Source: Nitrososphaerota archaeon (lineage in GTDB: Archaea; Thermoproteota; Nitrososphaeria_A; Caldarchaeales; Calditenuaceae). Taken from it: a DNA stretch of 64,000 nucleotides. Where the stretch lies: the NCBI GenBank assembly GCA_033581555.1, contig JAVQSZ010000004.1, positions 93,758 to 157,757 of the forward strand, given 5' to 3'. How positions within the stretch are numbered: the first letter of the stretch is position 1; each line of letters opens with the position of its first letter. The position numbers and the translations under genes were made by a program. A model generated the notes under the pieces. That model was not told the DNA's origin, did not search any database, and saw only the letters and a list, made by a program, of their open reading frames with translations. This document shows, one piece after another, positions 9,286 to 18,987 of the stretch.

Positions 9286-9984
9286 GTGCTGGGCTACGTC
9301 AGTCCGAGGGCGACCGTGAAGGGGATCGTGATTCAGGGCGCAGTCGTGCTAGGGCCCTCTAGGATCGGCGAGGGTTCGATCGTGGACTCGTTGGCGACGG
9401 TGGGCTATCCGACGAGGTCGAAGCTCCTTGGCGTGAAGGGGTCGGGGATCGAGTCGCTCGACGAGGTCAGCTCCGGGAGCGAGCTCGGCAGGAGGTGCGT
9501 CGTGAGGAGGGGGTGCGTCGTCTACGAGGGCGCGGTCCTGGCGGACGAGGTCGAGCTCGGCCACGGCGTCCTGATCAGGTCTGGGAGCAGGGTCGGGAGG
9601 GGGACGAGGATAGGCACGGGGACGCAGCTGGACGGCGAGGTCACGGTCGGAGAGGGGTGCTCCATACAGTCGATGTGCTACCTGCCCCATCTGACCAGGG
9701 TCGGGTCTGGGGTCTTCATGGGCCCTAACGTCGTCGTGATGAACGACCGCTATCCGCCCAGCGACAGGCTCGAGGGCGCGGAGATCATGGACGGGGCCGT
9801 GATAGGCGCTGGCGCCCTGATCGTGGCCGGCGTCAGAGTCGGAAAGGGGGCCGTGGTGGGCGCGGGGGCGGTCGTGACGAGGGACGTCCCAGAGGGGGCA
9901 GTCGTGATGGGGGTCCCAGCGAGGGTCACTTACGCTCGGGAGGCCTACGAGGCGAAGAGGAGGGCCGCGGTCAGTCGAACCTGA
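9286..9984 (+). CDS. Hexapeptide-repeat (left-handed beta-helix) acyltransferase
   Basis: Hexapeptide repeats, GPNVVVMND, VGAGAVVTRDVP...GVPAR. Confidence 0.88.
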   Translation: MLGYVSPRATVKGIVIQGAVVLGPSRIGEGSIVDSLATVGYPTRSKLLGVKGSGIESLDEVSSGSELGRRCVVRRGCVVYEGAVLADEVELGHGVLIRSGSRVGRGTRIGTGTQLDGEVTVGEGCSIQSMCYLPHLTRVGSGVFMGPNVVVMNDRYPPSDRLEGAEIMDGAVIGAGALIVAGVRVGKGAVVGAGAVVTRDVPEGAVVMGVPARVTYAREAYEAKRRAAVSRT

Positions 9985-10633
9985 TCCCGATGACCGTGCA
10001 GGGCGCCCCGTCGATCCTCTCGACCCTGAGCGGCGCGACCACCACGAGGTCATAGCTCTCCGGCTTCCCCTCGAGGTCCATATCCTCTACGATCAGGAAC
10101 CTCCTCGAGACCAGGAGCCTCCTGTGGGCCTCTCTCCCCATCTCCCTCCTGAGCGGCGAGCTGATGCTGATCGCGTCGATCCCGAGGGCCCTCAGGTTCC
10201 CGAAGCCGGCCAAGTAGGAGGCGGCATCGGGGTGGAGCGATATCCCCTCGCCCGAGTACCTCGGAGGGTCGGACCTCCTGTAGGCCTGCAGCCCCGTCCT
10301 CACCATCAGCATCCCGCATGCCCCGATCAGCCGCTCGTGGGGTCTCAAGTCCTCGACGCCGATCACGCCGCCGGGCTCCTTCGGCACGTCCAGTACAACC
10401 CCGCGCTCGATCACGAGGTCTTCCGCCCCGAGGTCCTCAACCCTGAGTCCGGAGTCGTCGAAGTGTTTCGGCGCGTCGACGTGCGTCCCGACGTGGTTCC
10501 CTGTGCTCAGCCTCCAGGAGTTCGAGCTGTCACCGCGGGCTATGCTCCTCACCTGCTCGAGCCTCAGCGGCGGCGTACCGGGGTAGAGAGGGTCTTCCTC
10601 CCTCAGGACGTGCGAGAGCAGGTAGACCCGCAT
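9971..10633 (-). CDS. Cyclase/kynurenine formamidase (KynB) family hydrolase
   Basis: HVGTHVDAPKHF motif, GIDAIS, IVE. Confidence 0.88.
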   Translation of the reverse strand: MRVYLLSHVLREEDPLYPGTPPLRLEQVRSIARGDSSNSWRLSTGNHVGTHVDAPKHFDDSGLRVEDLGAEDLVIERGVVLDVPKEPGGVIGVEDLRPHERLIGACGMLMVRTGLQAYRRSDPPRYSGEGISLHPDAASYLAGFGNLRALGIDAISISSPLRREMGREAHRRLLVSRRFLIVEDMDLEGKPESYDLVVVAPLRVERIDGAPCTVIGIRFD

Positions 10634-10733
10634 CGGGCCCCGTCTGGCGCCCTCGGTAAAAACGGTCTCCGCGTCATCGGCGTCCTCCTAGCCACCGGCG
10701 AAGGTATTTAGCGAGTCTGGAGCAGGTCGACGA

Positions 10734-10829
10734 GGGGCCGTAGTCCAGCATGGAGTGGACGCCCGGCTAGCACGGAGGAGTGCCCGGACTGGGCCCGGGA
10801 GGTCGCCGGTTCAAATCCGGCCGGCCCCA
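10734..10829 (+). tRNA. tRNA-Pro(UGG) with 21-nt intron at non-canonical position 33/34 (10769-10789)
   Basis: Acceptor GGGGCCG/CGGCCCC-A, T-loop TTCAAAT; BHB CCGG-CT^A-GCAC...GTGC-CCGG-AC^T; splicing restores loop CT-TGG-GC. Confidence 0.9.
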
Positions 10830-10878
10830 TCGACGGGAAAGAGGCGGCCTCGGCGCCGATCCTGCGAGTCGGTGGAGC

Positions 10879-11223
10879 TCAGAGCCTGACCCTTATCCCC
10901 TTCGTCACCGCCTCCCGGACCACCGTCTTCCTCTCCCTGAACGCTTCAACCTGCGCGGGCGTGTAGGGGAAGGCCTCTATGGTGAACGACCCCTCCCAGA
11001 GGCCGCTGACCAGCATCGCGTTCTCCACGAAGCTCCGCTTCCCGAACTCCTCTGAGACGACCAGCAAGTCGAGGTCGCTGTCGACCAGCGGAATGCCGTA
11101 GACCCTCGATCCGAACAGGTAGACCTCGGTGACGTTCAGCTCCCTCTTCAGCCTCCTCAGGAACCTGACGAGCTCAACCCTCTGCCTCCTCGAGAGCCTG
11201 ACGCGCCCAAGGGCCTCTCTCAA
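10879..11223 (-). CDS. Minimal nucleotidyltransferase (MNT) antitoxin
   Basis: YLFGSRVYG...SDLDLLVVS; TTG start overlaps the HEPN stop. Confidence 0.88.
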   Translation of the reverse strand: MREALGRVRLSRRQRVELVRFLRRLKRELNVTEVYLFGSRVYGIPLVDSDLDLLVVSEEFGKRSFVENAMLVSGLWEGSFTIEAFPYTPAQVEAFRERKTVVREAVTKGIRVRL

Positions 11224-11618
11224 GGAAGCGCCGCCCTCGACCTGACCCATCCTATCACCCTCTCCGCTGCCTGTAGGCACCTCAGGACGATCTCCCTGCT
11301 GTAGGCCTCGCTCGGGACCGTGTTCGCGGCGTTCGGGTACCTGGCGATCGTGTAGTGAGGGTTGAGTGCCTTCAGGTCGTCCATCAGCTCGTCGGCCTCC
11401 AGCGCCCTCCCGAGCTTGACGAGGTCGTGCCCCCTCGGAGGCAGCCTCGACTTCGCGACGATGTAGAGGGCCTTCAGCGCCTTCTCGGCTGCCTGATGGG
11501 CGAGGAAGGCCGAGACGCTGTACTCCTCGATCTCGTAGTTCCTCCTCGCCTGCCTGAGGTTGTGGAGGGCCTCGCGCCACCAGTCCATCGCCTCCTCCCT
11601 GACCTCGCCGGTCGGCAA
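11220..11618 (-). CDS. HEPN-domain protein (toxin of HEPN-MNT pair)
   Basis: FLAHQAAEKALKAL, GHDLVKL, HYTIARYP; start codon uncertain. Confidence 0.88.
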   Translation of the reverse strand: MPTGEVREEAMDWWREALHNLRQARRNYEIEEYSVSAFLAHQAAEKALKALYIVAKSRLPPRGHDLVKLGRALEADELMDDLKALNPHYTIARYPNAANTVPSEAYSREIVLRCLQAAERVIGWVRSRAALP

Positions 11619-11767
11619 GCCTCTCCAAGCCCTTCGAGCGCCTCCGGATAGATAACGTTGCACCGATCTGGCGCATACGCCTCTCCCCGATGCGAGCTCC
11701 AGCCCCGTTCGGGGGATCGGGCCGATGGGCTCGCAAAGTATAACCCCTGGCCTCTGGAGGGAAGGTC

Positions 11768-12250
11768 ATGCAGCTCCACGTGGTCAAGGTCGAGTTCCCG
11801 GAGGGCGTCCAGCTGATACTCGCGCAGAGCCACTTCATCAAGACCGTCGAGGACGTCCACGAGGCCCTCGTCACGGCGTTCCCCGGGATCAAGTTCGGGG
11901 TCGCGTTCTGCGAGTCCTCCGGGAAGAGGCTGGTCAGGCACTCGGGGACCGACGAGGAGCTCGAGAGGGTCGCGGTCGAGAACGCGCTGAGGCTCGGGTG
12001 CGGCCACCTCCTCGTGATCCTGTTGAGGAACGCGTACCCGATCAACGTCCTCCCAAGGCTGAGGGAGGTCCAGGAGATAGTCGGGTTCTACTGCGCGACC
12101 GGGAACCCGGTGCAGGTGGTGGTGGCCGAGACCGACCAGGGAAGGGGCGTGCTGGGCGTGATAGACGGCCAGACGCCGCTTGGCGTCGAGGGCCCCGAGG
12201 AGATCAGGGAGCGGAAGGAGTTCCTCAGGAAGATCGGGTACAAGCTCTGA
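11768..12250 (+). CDS. DUF355/adenosine-binding (adenosine-specific kinase family) protein
   Basis: QSHFIKTVED, AFCESSG, YPINVL, CATGNP, RKEFLRKIGYK. Confidence 0.88.
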   Translation: MQLHVVKVEFPEGVQLILAQSHFIKTVEDVHEALVTAFPGIKFGVAFCESSGKRLVRHSGTDEELERVAVENALRLGCGHLLVILLRNAYPINVLPRLREVQEIVGFYCATGNPVQVVVAETDQGRGVLGVIDGQTPLGVEGPEEIRERKEFLRKIGYKL

Positions 12251-12256
12251 GGACCT

Positions 12257-12538
12257 TCAGTACCTGATCCTGAACCCTGACTCCGAACCGGTGTAATCCT
12301 CCCAGCTCACGTCGACGCGCTCCACGACCGCGAGCGGAGGCCCCCTCCTGCACCACTCGACCGCCTTGAGCACCGCCTCCTCGGGCCCCTCGAAGACCGC
12401 CTCGACCCTGCCGTCGGGGAGGTTCCTGACCCAACCGCTCAGCCCGAGCTCGTCCGCGACCCTCTTCGCGTTCGCCCTGAAGAAGACGCCCTGGACCCTC
12501 CCGGAGACCCAGACGTGGGCCCTGACCATTCTGGGCAT
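12257..12538 (-). CDS. acyP: Acylphosphatase
   Basis: VSGRVQGVFFR, GWVRNLPDGRVE. Confidence 0.93.
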   Translation of the reverse strand: MPRMVRAHVWVSGRVQGVFFRANAKRVADELGLSGWVRNLPDGRVEAVFEGPEEAVLKAVEWCRRGPPLAVVERVDVSWEDYTGSESGFRIRY

Positions 12539-12591
12539 CCCGAAGCGCTCCAGGACCACGCTTTATCAACCTCAGCTGCCTCCACGGATCG

Positions 12592-13293
12592 GTGGGGCTC
12601 GAGTCGGTCGCTTACAGGAGGGTCGTCTACGACCGGGCAAGGTGGAGGGTCCTCTCGGAGAAGCGGGGGAGGGCCGTCTCGATCATGTCGGTCCTCAGGT
12701 CGAAGGGGATCGCGGACGCGTTCGTCTACGGCAGCGTCGCGAGAGGCGACGTGAGGTCCGGGAGCGACGTCGACGTCTTCATACCGAGGGTTGTGAACCC
12801 GGAGCTGCTCCAGTTGATCGCGGAGTCGGAGCTCGGAGGCCACTCGAAGAGGACGGTCGTCCAGGCGACGCCCGGCTACGTCGTTAAGGGCTACATCTAC
12901 CTCGACGAGCTCACGTCGATCTCCTTCCCACTGATAGAAATGCTCCCTACGGAGCACGAGTTCTACACCATCGCCGGGAAAATAGAACTCGAGGGTCTGG
13001 CACAGGGGAAGAGGGTCCCGGGGATGAACAAGTCCCTGACCGTTGTGGTCCCCGTCGAGGACGGTCACCTGGAGTTCCCCGCGGAGTCGGCCCCGGAGAT
13101 CGCCGCGAAGCTGATCGGTTGCGACCCGAGGGCCCTCAGGGAGAGGATCAGGGTCCTGAAGAGGAGGCAGGAGCACGGCAGGACCGGCGTCTACCGGGAG
13201 CTAGTGCTCGAAGAAGACCAGACCTTCTCGTGGGCGCTGAAGAGGCTCGTCGAGGAGAACCCCGTCCTGAGGAGGAGGCTGAGGTCCGCGTGA
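12592..13293 (+). CDS. Predicted nucleotidyltransferase (conserved archaeal family)
   Basis: YGSVARGDV...SDVDVF; RVPGMNK; GRTGVY. Confidence 0.85.
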   Translation: MGLESVAYRRVVYDRARWRVLSEKRGRAVSIMSVLRSKGIADAFVYGSVARGDVRSGSDVDVFIPRVVNPELLQLIAESELGGHSKRTVVQATPGYVVKGYIYLDELTSISFPLIEMLPTEHEFYTIAGKIELEGLAQGKRVPGMNKSLTVVVPVEDGHLEFPAESAPEIAAKLIGCDPRALRERIRVLKRRQEHGRTGVYRELVLEEDQTFSWALKRLVEENPVLRRRLRSA

Positions 13294-13382
13294 TCGGTGC
13301 GACCGCTCCCTCGTGACCTGGAGCCACAGGGGCTCGAGCCCTTCGGGATACCTCTATCTCGGGGCTCGCGGCAGGGGGCGGA

Positions 13383-14660
13383 ATGAACGCTCAGGACGCC
13401 GCTGCCGGGGCGCTGGTCCTCGGGATACTCCTGGGAGGTACTGCCCTGAGGAGCAAGTTCCCAAGAGTCCCCCTCTGGTCGGTGATGATGCTCTGTACCG
13501 CCGTGACGCTCGTGACCGATCTCGTCCCCGTCGACGAGGCGTTGGCGCTCGTGGACCTCGACGTGATCACCCTGCTGATCGGGATGTTCGCGCTGGTGGG
13601 GATGGCGGAGAGGTCGGGGCTGCTAGACTTCCTCGCGTACTACTTCCTCTCGAGGTTGAGGACTACCAGGTCTATAGTCCTGGGCTCCGCGCTCCTCTTC
13701 GGCCTGATGCCGGCCTTCTTCGTCAACGACACCGTCGCCCTGATGGGCCCTCCGATAGCCGTGACGATAGGAAGGGCCCTCGGGGGCAACTACGAGTTCG
13801 CCTTCCTACTCCTCTGCTTCTCGATCACGATAGGGTCGACGATGACGCCGATCGGTAACCCGCAGAACGTCCTGATCGCGATCCAGTCGGGGATGAGGGC
13901 GCCCTTCCTGGAGTTCCCGATCCACCTCGCGGTCCCGACGCTCCTCTCGCTGGTCGTCGCGGCCCTCCTGATGGCGCGGCTATACAGGCTGCCCAACGTC
14001 AGGTCGCAGGTCGTCGTATCGCCCTGGGAGGCGATCAGGTCGAGGAGGGAGTTCACCTTGGCACTCGTTGGAGGGGGAGTCACGGTGGCGGTCCTGATGA
14101 TCAACGACGTCAACGCGGCCCTTGGCCTTCCCCACGTGACCGCCAGGGGCCTTATACCGTTCACCGCGGCGGCAGCGCTCATCGCGTTCTCCGAGAGCCC
14201 TAGGGACGTCCTCGCGAGGGTCGACTTCGGGACGATCCTCTTCTTCATCGGGATGTTCATCACGGTCGAGGGGGTCTGGAGGTCCGGCGTCCTTCAACCG
14301 GTCTTCTCGGCCCTGATGCTCGACGACCCTTCGACGCCCCAGGGACTCGCGTCCCTAGCGGTCCTCTCGCTGATAATGAGCCAGCTGATCAGCAACGTCC
14401 CCTACGCGAAGCTCGCGATCCACCAGCTCAAGGAGCTCGGAGTGACGGGGAGTGAGACCGACGTCTGGATGACCTTAGCAGCCGCCGCGACGCTAGCGGG
14501 CAACCTCACGATACTCGGCGCGGCTTCGAACGTGATCGTCCTCGAGGTCCTCGAGAGCAGGTACGGTACCACGATCTCCTACGTGAAGTTCGCGAAGGTC
14601 GGCGCCCTCGTGACGGCCGCGACGGTCCCCCTCTTCCTCCTCTACCTCGTTCTCCTCTGA
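13383..14660 (+). CDS. ArsB/NhaD/CitMHS-family anion transporter
   Basis: FFVNDT, TPIGNPQN, ISNVP, AGNLTILGAASN; many TM helices. Confidence 0.88.
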   Translation: MNAQDAAAGALVLGILLGGTALRSKFPRVPLWSVMMLCTAVTLVTDLVPVDEALALVDLDVITLLIGMFALVGMAERSGLLDFLAYYFLSRLRTTRSIVLGSALLFGLMPAFFVNDTVALMGPPIAVTIGRALGGNYEFAFLLLCFSITIGSTMTPIGNPQNVLIAIQSGMRAPFLEFPIHLAVPTLLSLVVAALLMARLYRLPNVRSQVVVSPWEAIRSRREFTLALVGGGVTVAVLMINDVNAALGLPHVTARGLIPFTAAAALIAFSESPRDVLARVDFGTILFFIGMFITVEGVWRSGVLQPVFSALMLDDPSTPQGLASLAVLSLIMSQLISNVPYAKLAIHQLKELGVTGSETDVWMTLAAAATLAGNLTILGAASNVIVLEVLESRYGTTISYVKFAKVGALVTAATVPLFLLYLVLL

Positions 14661-14711
14661 ACCCACCGGGATCGGTTAATCACTGGCACGGACAGGTCTT
14701 CGCCGGAGGGC

Positions 14712-15794
14712 GTGAGGGCGGTAGCGGTCGACGAGGTCAGGAGGTCCGTGAGGCTCGTCCCGGAGTCGGGAGTCGACCTGATCAACCTCTACAGGTCCGT
14801 CGAGAGGGGGGACCTGGTCTTCGCGGAGACGACTAGGGAGATCAAGAGGGAGAGGGCCTCGGGGGAGGTCGACAGCAAAAGGGTCGCGATCAGGGTCGGG
14901 ATCGAGGTCGAGAGGAAGTCCGCGGACCCCGGCGTCAGGAGGATCTCCTTCCTGGGCAGGATCGTCGAGGCGGAGGGGCACGAGGACCTGCTGAAGAAGC
15001 ACCACACCGTCCACGTAGAGAGGGGGAGGGAGGTCGAGGTCGTCTCTAGGGAGAGGTTCGGGAGACTGGTCGCGCTGGCCGAGGCCGGGAGGCGGAGGGC
15101 CATGAAGTCGATGCTGGTCCTCTCCGCGGACGACGAGAGGGCAGTCCTGGTCCTGATCAACAACGAGGGCTATCAGGTACTCGCGTCGGCTCAGGTCTCC
15201 TCAGGCCCGAAGTTCTTTGGCGCGAAAGACCTGACGAGCTGGAAGGAAGAGCTCGTGGAGGCCGTGAGGGACGCGGCGCTCGGTGCGATCGAGAGACATG
15301 GCGTCTCGGAGCTGGTCGTCGTGGCGCCCCAACCGCTCGTGGATGGTCTCGCGGCCGAGCTGAGGAGGTCGCTCTCCTCGAGGGCCGAGGTGTTGAGGAG
15401 GACTGTACCTGCCTCGGTCGGAGGGGTCGAAGGTCTGATGGAGGTCTTGAGGAGGGGGGGGCTGGGGAAGGAGCTGAGGCCGCTCTACGACGCTCTCCTG
15501 GTCGAGAGGGCGCTCGAGCTAGCCTCTGAGGAGCCGGGGTCGGCCGCCTTCGGGACGTCGGACGTCCTCAAGATGGTGAGGGAGGGAAGGGTCGGGCTGG
15601 TGTTGGTGTCGGAGGACCACCTCTGGCTGAACCTCGAGAGCCCCGAGCTCGACGAGGTCCTGAGGGGTTCGGAGTCCGGCAGGTACAGGCTCAGGGTGGT
15701 TGGCCCCAAGGGTCTCGCGTCGGAGAGGGTGGAGGCCCTGGGAGGGGTCATAGCGCTGGACAAGGCCCTCGCATCCAGGCTCCCCGCGGAGTGA
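14712..15794 (+). CDS. pelA: Pelota/Dom34 ribosome rescue factor
   Basis: LVPESGVDLINLY..VERGDLV...TTR, HHT, GGVEGLMEVL, LGGVIAL. Confidence 0.85.
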   Translation: MRAVAVDEVRRSVRLVPESGVDLINLYRSVERGDLVFAETTREIKRERASGEVDSKRVAIRVGIEVERKSADPGVRRISFLGRIVEAEGHEDLLKKHHTVHVERGREVEVVSRERFGRLVALAEAGRRRAMKSMLVLSADDERAVLVLINNEGYQVLASAQVSSGPKFFGAKDLTSWKEELVEAVRDAALGAIERHGVSELVVVAPQPLVDGLAAELRRSLSSRAEVLRRTVPASVGGVEGLMEVLRRGGLGKELRPLYDALLVERALELASEEPGSAAFGTSDVLKMVREGRVGLVLVSEDHLWLNLESPELDEVLRGSESGRYRLRVVGPKGLASERVEALGGVIALDKALASRLPAE

Positions 15795-15833
15795 GGCACG
15801 GTTTTCTTTAGGCCGAGCCGACTCTGACCCGAG

Positions 15834-16511
15834 TTGCCGCTGGTGGTCAAGATCGGTGGACACGTCTTCGCGAGGGGCGAGCCGGACGTCGAGCTGATCA
15901 GGGCCTACGCCCGGGTCCTCAGGGAGTCCCACGACGGCTCCGACAGGTGGGTCGTCGTGATGGGAGGTGGGGAGCCCGCGAGGGCCTACATCGGGGCAGC
16001 GAGGTCGCTCGGCGCGGACGAGGTCACCTGCGACGAGATCGCGATCGCGGTCACGAGGATCCACGCGACCCTGATGCTCCTCGCGCTGGGCGACCTGGCG
16101 TACCCGGAGGTCGTGAGGGACGTGGCGTCCCTGAGGAGGGCCCTCGCGGTGAAGAGGGTCGCCGTCGCCGGAGGGCTCTGGCCGGGACAGTCGACGTTCG
16201 CGGTATCTGCGCTCTGCGCGGGCGCGATCGGTGCCGACAGGCTCATCGTCGCGACCGATGTCAAGGGCGTCTACGACAAGGACCCGAAGCTCCACCCGGA
16301 CGCGAGGCTCATCCCGAGGATGACCTACGACGAGCTCCTCTCAAGGCTCGGCTCGGTCTCCCACAGCGCGGGGGAGTACAAGCTGGTGGACTCGGTGGGC
16401 CTCTCGCTGCTGAAGAGGTCGAGGGTGAGGCTGCTCTTCGTCGACGGCACCGACCCGGAGAACGTCAGGAGGGCGATACTCAGGGGCGAGGCGGGCACGG
16501 TCGTCGAGTGA
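15834..16511 (+). CDS. pyrH: Uridylate kinase
   Basis: VVKIGG, VMGGGEPARAYI, PGQST, TDVKGVYDKDP. Confidence 0.93.
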   Translation: MPLVVKIGGHVFARGEPDVELIRAYARVLRESHDGSDRWVVVMGGGEPARAYIGAARSLGADEVTCDEIAIAVTRIHATLMLLALGDLAYPEVVRDVASLRRALAVKRVAVAGGLWPGQSTFAVSALCAGAIGADRLIVATDVKGVYDKDPKLHPDARLIPRMTYDELLSRLGSVSHSAGEYKLVDSVGLSLLKRSRVRLLFVDGTDPENVRRAILRGEAGTVVE

Positions 16512-16517
16512 ACGAGG

Positions 16518-18188
16518 TCAGGAGGGCCTCCTCGCCATCATGGCGACCACGAACGCACCGGCGTAGACCAGCACGGTCGCGGCTCCCACGTTGGCGTCCA
16601 AGACCCACGCGATCGCTAGGCCGCCGAGCGCCAAGAAGGCCGGGATCGCGGCCGAGGCCGCCATGTAAGCGCCGGGGCTCCTGGTGAGCAGGTACGCGGT
16701 TGCAGGCGGTATGATGAATGAGGCCACCGTAGGAATAGCTCCGACGGTCATGAAGGCGGTGATGACGGTCCCCGAGAGAAGCGCTAAGAGGCCGTAGTGG
16801 AGGAGCGACGTCCTGAGCCCGACCGATTCGGCGAAGACGGGGTCGACGCAGTAGACCGTCAGGGGTTTCCTCGCCGCGAGGACGGCCGCTATCGAGGCCG
16901 CGGAGAGGGCCAGCGACCTGAGGAGGAACTCGTCAGAGACCGCGAGGACGTCTGCGAAGAGCACGTCCTCGATGTTGAGGGTCGCCCCGCCGGCCATGGA
17001 GAGCATCACGACCGCGAGGGCAAGCATAGAGGTGAAGGTCACCGCGATCGCGACGTCGCCCCTCAGCTTAGTCCTCCGCTCGATGTAGGAGACTGAGAGG
17101 GCCACCGCGAGGCCGGCTGCGAGCGCACCGAGGTAGAAGTCGGCCCCGACCACGTACGCCGCGACCAGACCGGCTATCGCTCCGTGGGAGAGAGCGTCGC
17201 CGAAGATCGCCCAGCCCCGCATCAGCGCGAAGCTCCCAACCAGCGAGGAGGTGACGGTGACCGCCACGAGCGCCACCATCCCGACCGCGACCACGGCGAT
17301 GAACGCGTCGGCGCGGGGCCTCTGCCCGTGATAGCTCAGGGCCTCGACGACCTGCATGACGTTCCACATGACTAGGTCTGAGTAACCCCTTATCCCGCGC
17401 TCAGTGTCGAGTCTCTCGTAGTAGACCGGCCCGAGTACCTGGACCCCGGACCTCGAGGCGATGTTGACCGCGACCTCCCTCAGCGTCGTCCCCTCCTCCT
17501 CTGCCTCCAGGAGGATCGGGGCACCGAGCCGACCGGCCTCGGCCAGGACCCGCTCCAGCCTCGAGAGCTGCTGCTCGTAGGTCCCGAAGCCCCCGGTGAG
17601 CGCGATAACCCTCACGCCTCCCATCTCCCGCAACAGGTCGACAAGCGAGGGCCTGATCGTCAAGACCGCGGCTCCGGCGCCGATCGTTCGGCCCATCTCG
17701 TCGACCCATGCTTCGAGCCGTCTCAGCTCCACGAGGACCCTCTGCCTGTTGAGCTCGATCTTCTCCGAGGCCTGGGGGAAGTGTCTGGAGAGTATCGAGG
17801 CCAAGGCGTCGACGATTTCGGCGGCGCCTTCGGGCGAGAGCCAGAACGCGGACCTGACCTCACCGACCCCAAGCAGCTCCGAGAGCCTGTAAGTCGGGAG
17901 ACCCCTCCTGACCGCGGAGGCCAGCTCTCCGACCCTCGCCTCGGAGCCATAGCCGATGTAGACGAAGACGTCCGCCCTGACGATCCTCTCGACAACGCTC
18001 GGCCTCATCCTGAAGGTCGCGGAGCTCGTCTCGCCGAGGATGCTCTCGACCCTGACCACGCCCTCGCCCACGGCCCCGGCCAAGTCCGCGAGGACCTCCG
18101 TCGTGACAAGGACCAGCGGTCGCTCTGAGGCCCCTGACGCGTTCGAGAGGAGCGCAGCTGCGGCCAGCAGCACGACTAGGGCCGGCAA
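16518..18188 (-). CDS. Fused metal ABC transporter substrate-binding (ZnuA/TroA-like) + permease (ZnuB/TroCD-like)
   Basis: Signal peptide, SBP-like N-half (ADVFVYIG, FWLSP); C-half with GDALSHGAIAG and multiple TMs; one ORF. Confidence 0.85.
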   Translation of the reverse strand: MPALVVLLAAAALLSNASGASERPLVLVTTEVLADLAGAVGEGVVRVESILGETSSATFRMRPSVVERIVRADVFVYIGYGSEARVGELASAVRRGLPTYRLSELLGVGEVRSAFWLSPEGAAEIVDALASILSRHFPQASEKIELNRQRVLVELRRLEAWVDEMGRTIGAGAAVLTIRPSLVDLLREMGGVRVIALTGGFGTYEQQLSRLERVLAEAGRLGAPILLEAEEEGTTLREVAVNIASRSGVQVLGPVYYERLDTERGIRGYSDLVMWNVMQVVEALSYHGQRPRADAFIAVVAVGMVALVAVTVTSSLVGSFALMRGWAIFGDALSHGAIAGLVAAYVVGADFYLGALAAGLAVALSVSYIERRTKLRGDVAIAVTFTSMLALAVVMLSMAGGATLNIEDVLFADVLAVSDEFLLRSLALSAASIAAVLAARKPLTVYCVDPVFAESVGLRTSLLHYGLLALLSGTVITAFMTVGAIPTVASFIIPPATAYLLTRSPGAYMAASAAIPAFLALGGLAIAWVLDANVGAATVLVYAGAFVVAMMARRPS

Positions 18189-18191
18189 GGG

Positions 18192-18899
18192 CTACCACTT
18201 GCCGTTGTAGGCCTCGGAGAGCAGCCTCCTCTCGGAGAGGACCTCGTAGGGCCTCCCGACCGCGAAGACGCGCCTGTTGAGGAGCACGACCCTGTCGAAG
18301 GGCGTCGGGTCTGGGACGTGGTGCTCCGAGAGGAGAACGTGCTTCCCCTTACGCTTCTCCTCCTCGAGCGCCGAGATCACCGCCTCCTCGCTGGGCCTGT
18401 CGATCGACTCGAAGGGCTCGTCGAGTAGGTAGACGTCAGGGTCCTGAGCCAGCGCCCTCGCGATCAGCGCCCTCGCGAGCTGTCCACCGGAGAGCTCCGA
18501 GAGCCTCCTGTGCCTCAGCCCAGAGATCCCGACCCTCTCCGTCGCCTCGTCCGGGTCTGCCCTGAGGCCTCGCCCCCTCGCGATCTCCGAGCCCATCTCC
18601 ACCAGGTCCACCACCCTCAGCGGCGAGCCGAGCGCGATCGACCTCTGCTGCGGGACGTAAGCGACCCTCCTCCTGAGCGCCCTGTCGGACCAGGGGTCCG
18701 AGCCGAGGACCTCAACCCTCCCGCGGATGGGCCTCACTAGTCCCGCGAAGGCCTTGAGGAGCGTCGACTTGCCCGCGCCGTTCGGGCCCATCAGCAGCAC
18801 CATCTCGCCGGCCGCCCCCTCGAAGTTGACGCCCTCCAGAACCGCGTTCCCGTTGTAGCCCGCGTATAGGTCGACCGCCCTCACTAGGACCCCCGACAT
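18192..18899 (-). CDS. Metal ABC transporter ATPase (ZnuC/TroB-like)
   Basis: GPNGAGKST, YVPQ, LSGGQ, LLDEPF. Confidence 0.9.
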   Translation of the reverse strand: MSGVLVRAVDLYAGYNGNAVLEGVNFEGAAGEMVLLMGPNGAGKSTLLKAFAGLVRPIRGRVEVLGSDPWSDRALRRRVAYVPQQRSIALGSPLRVVDLVEMGSEIARGRGLRADPDEATERVGISGLRHRRLSELSGGQLARALIARALAQDPDVYLLDEPFESIDRPSEEAVISALEEEKRKGKHVLLSEHHVPDPTPFDRVVLLNRRVFAVGRPYEVLSERRLLSEAYNGKW

Positions 18900-18907
18900 C
18901 CTTTGGA

Positions 18908-18923
18908 GTTAACCATGGTTAAC
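18908..18923. promoter_or_regulatory. Perfect 16-bp palindrome GTTAACCATGGTTAAC, candidate metal-repressor operator
   Basis: 8 bp upstream of the metal ABC operon start codon, AT-rich in a GC-rich genome. Confidence 0.65.
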
Positions 18924-18987
18924 AATTTTAACCTTCCTTCACCTCCCACACAGCTCAGGGATAAATCGGGCGGCCGGGGATTTCTGA

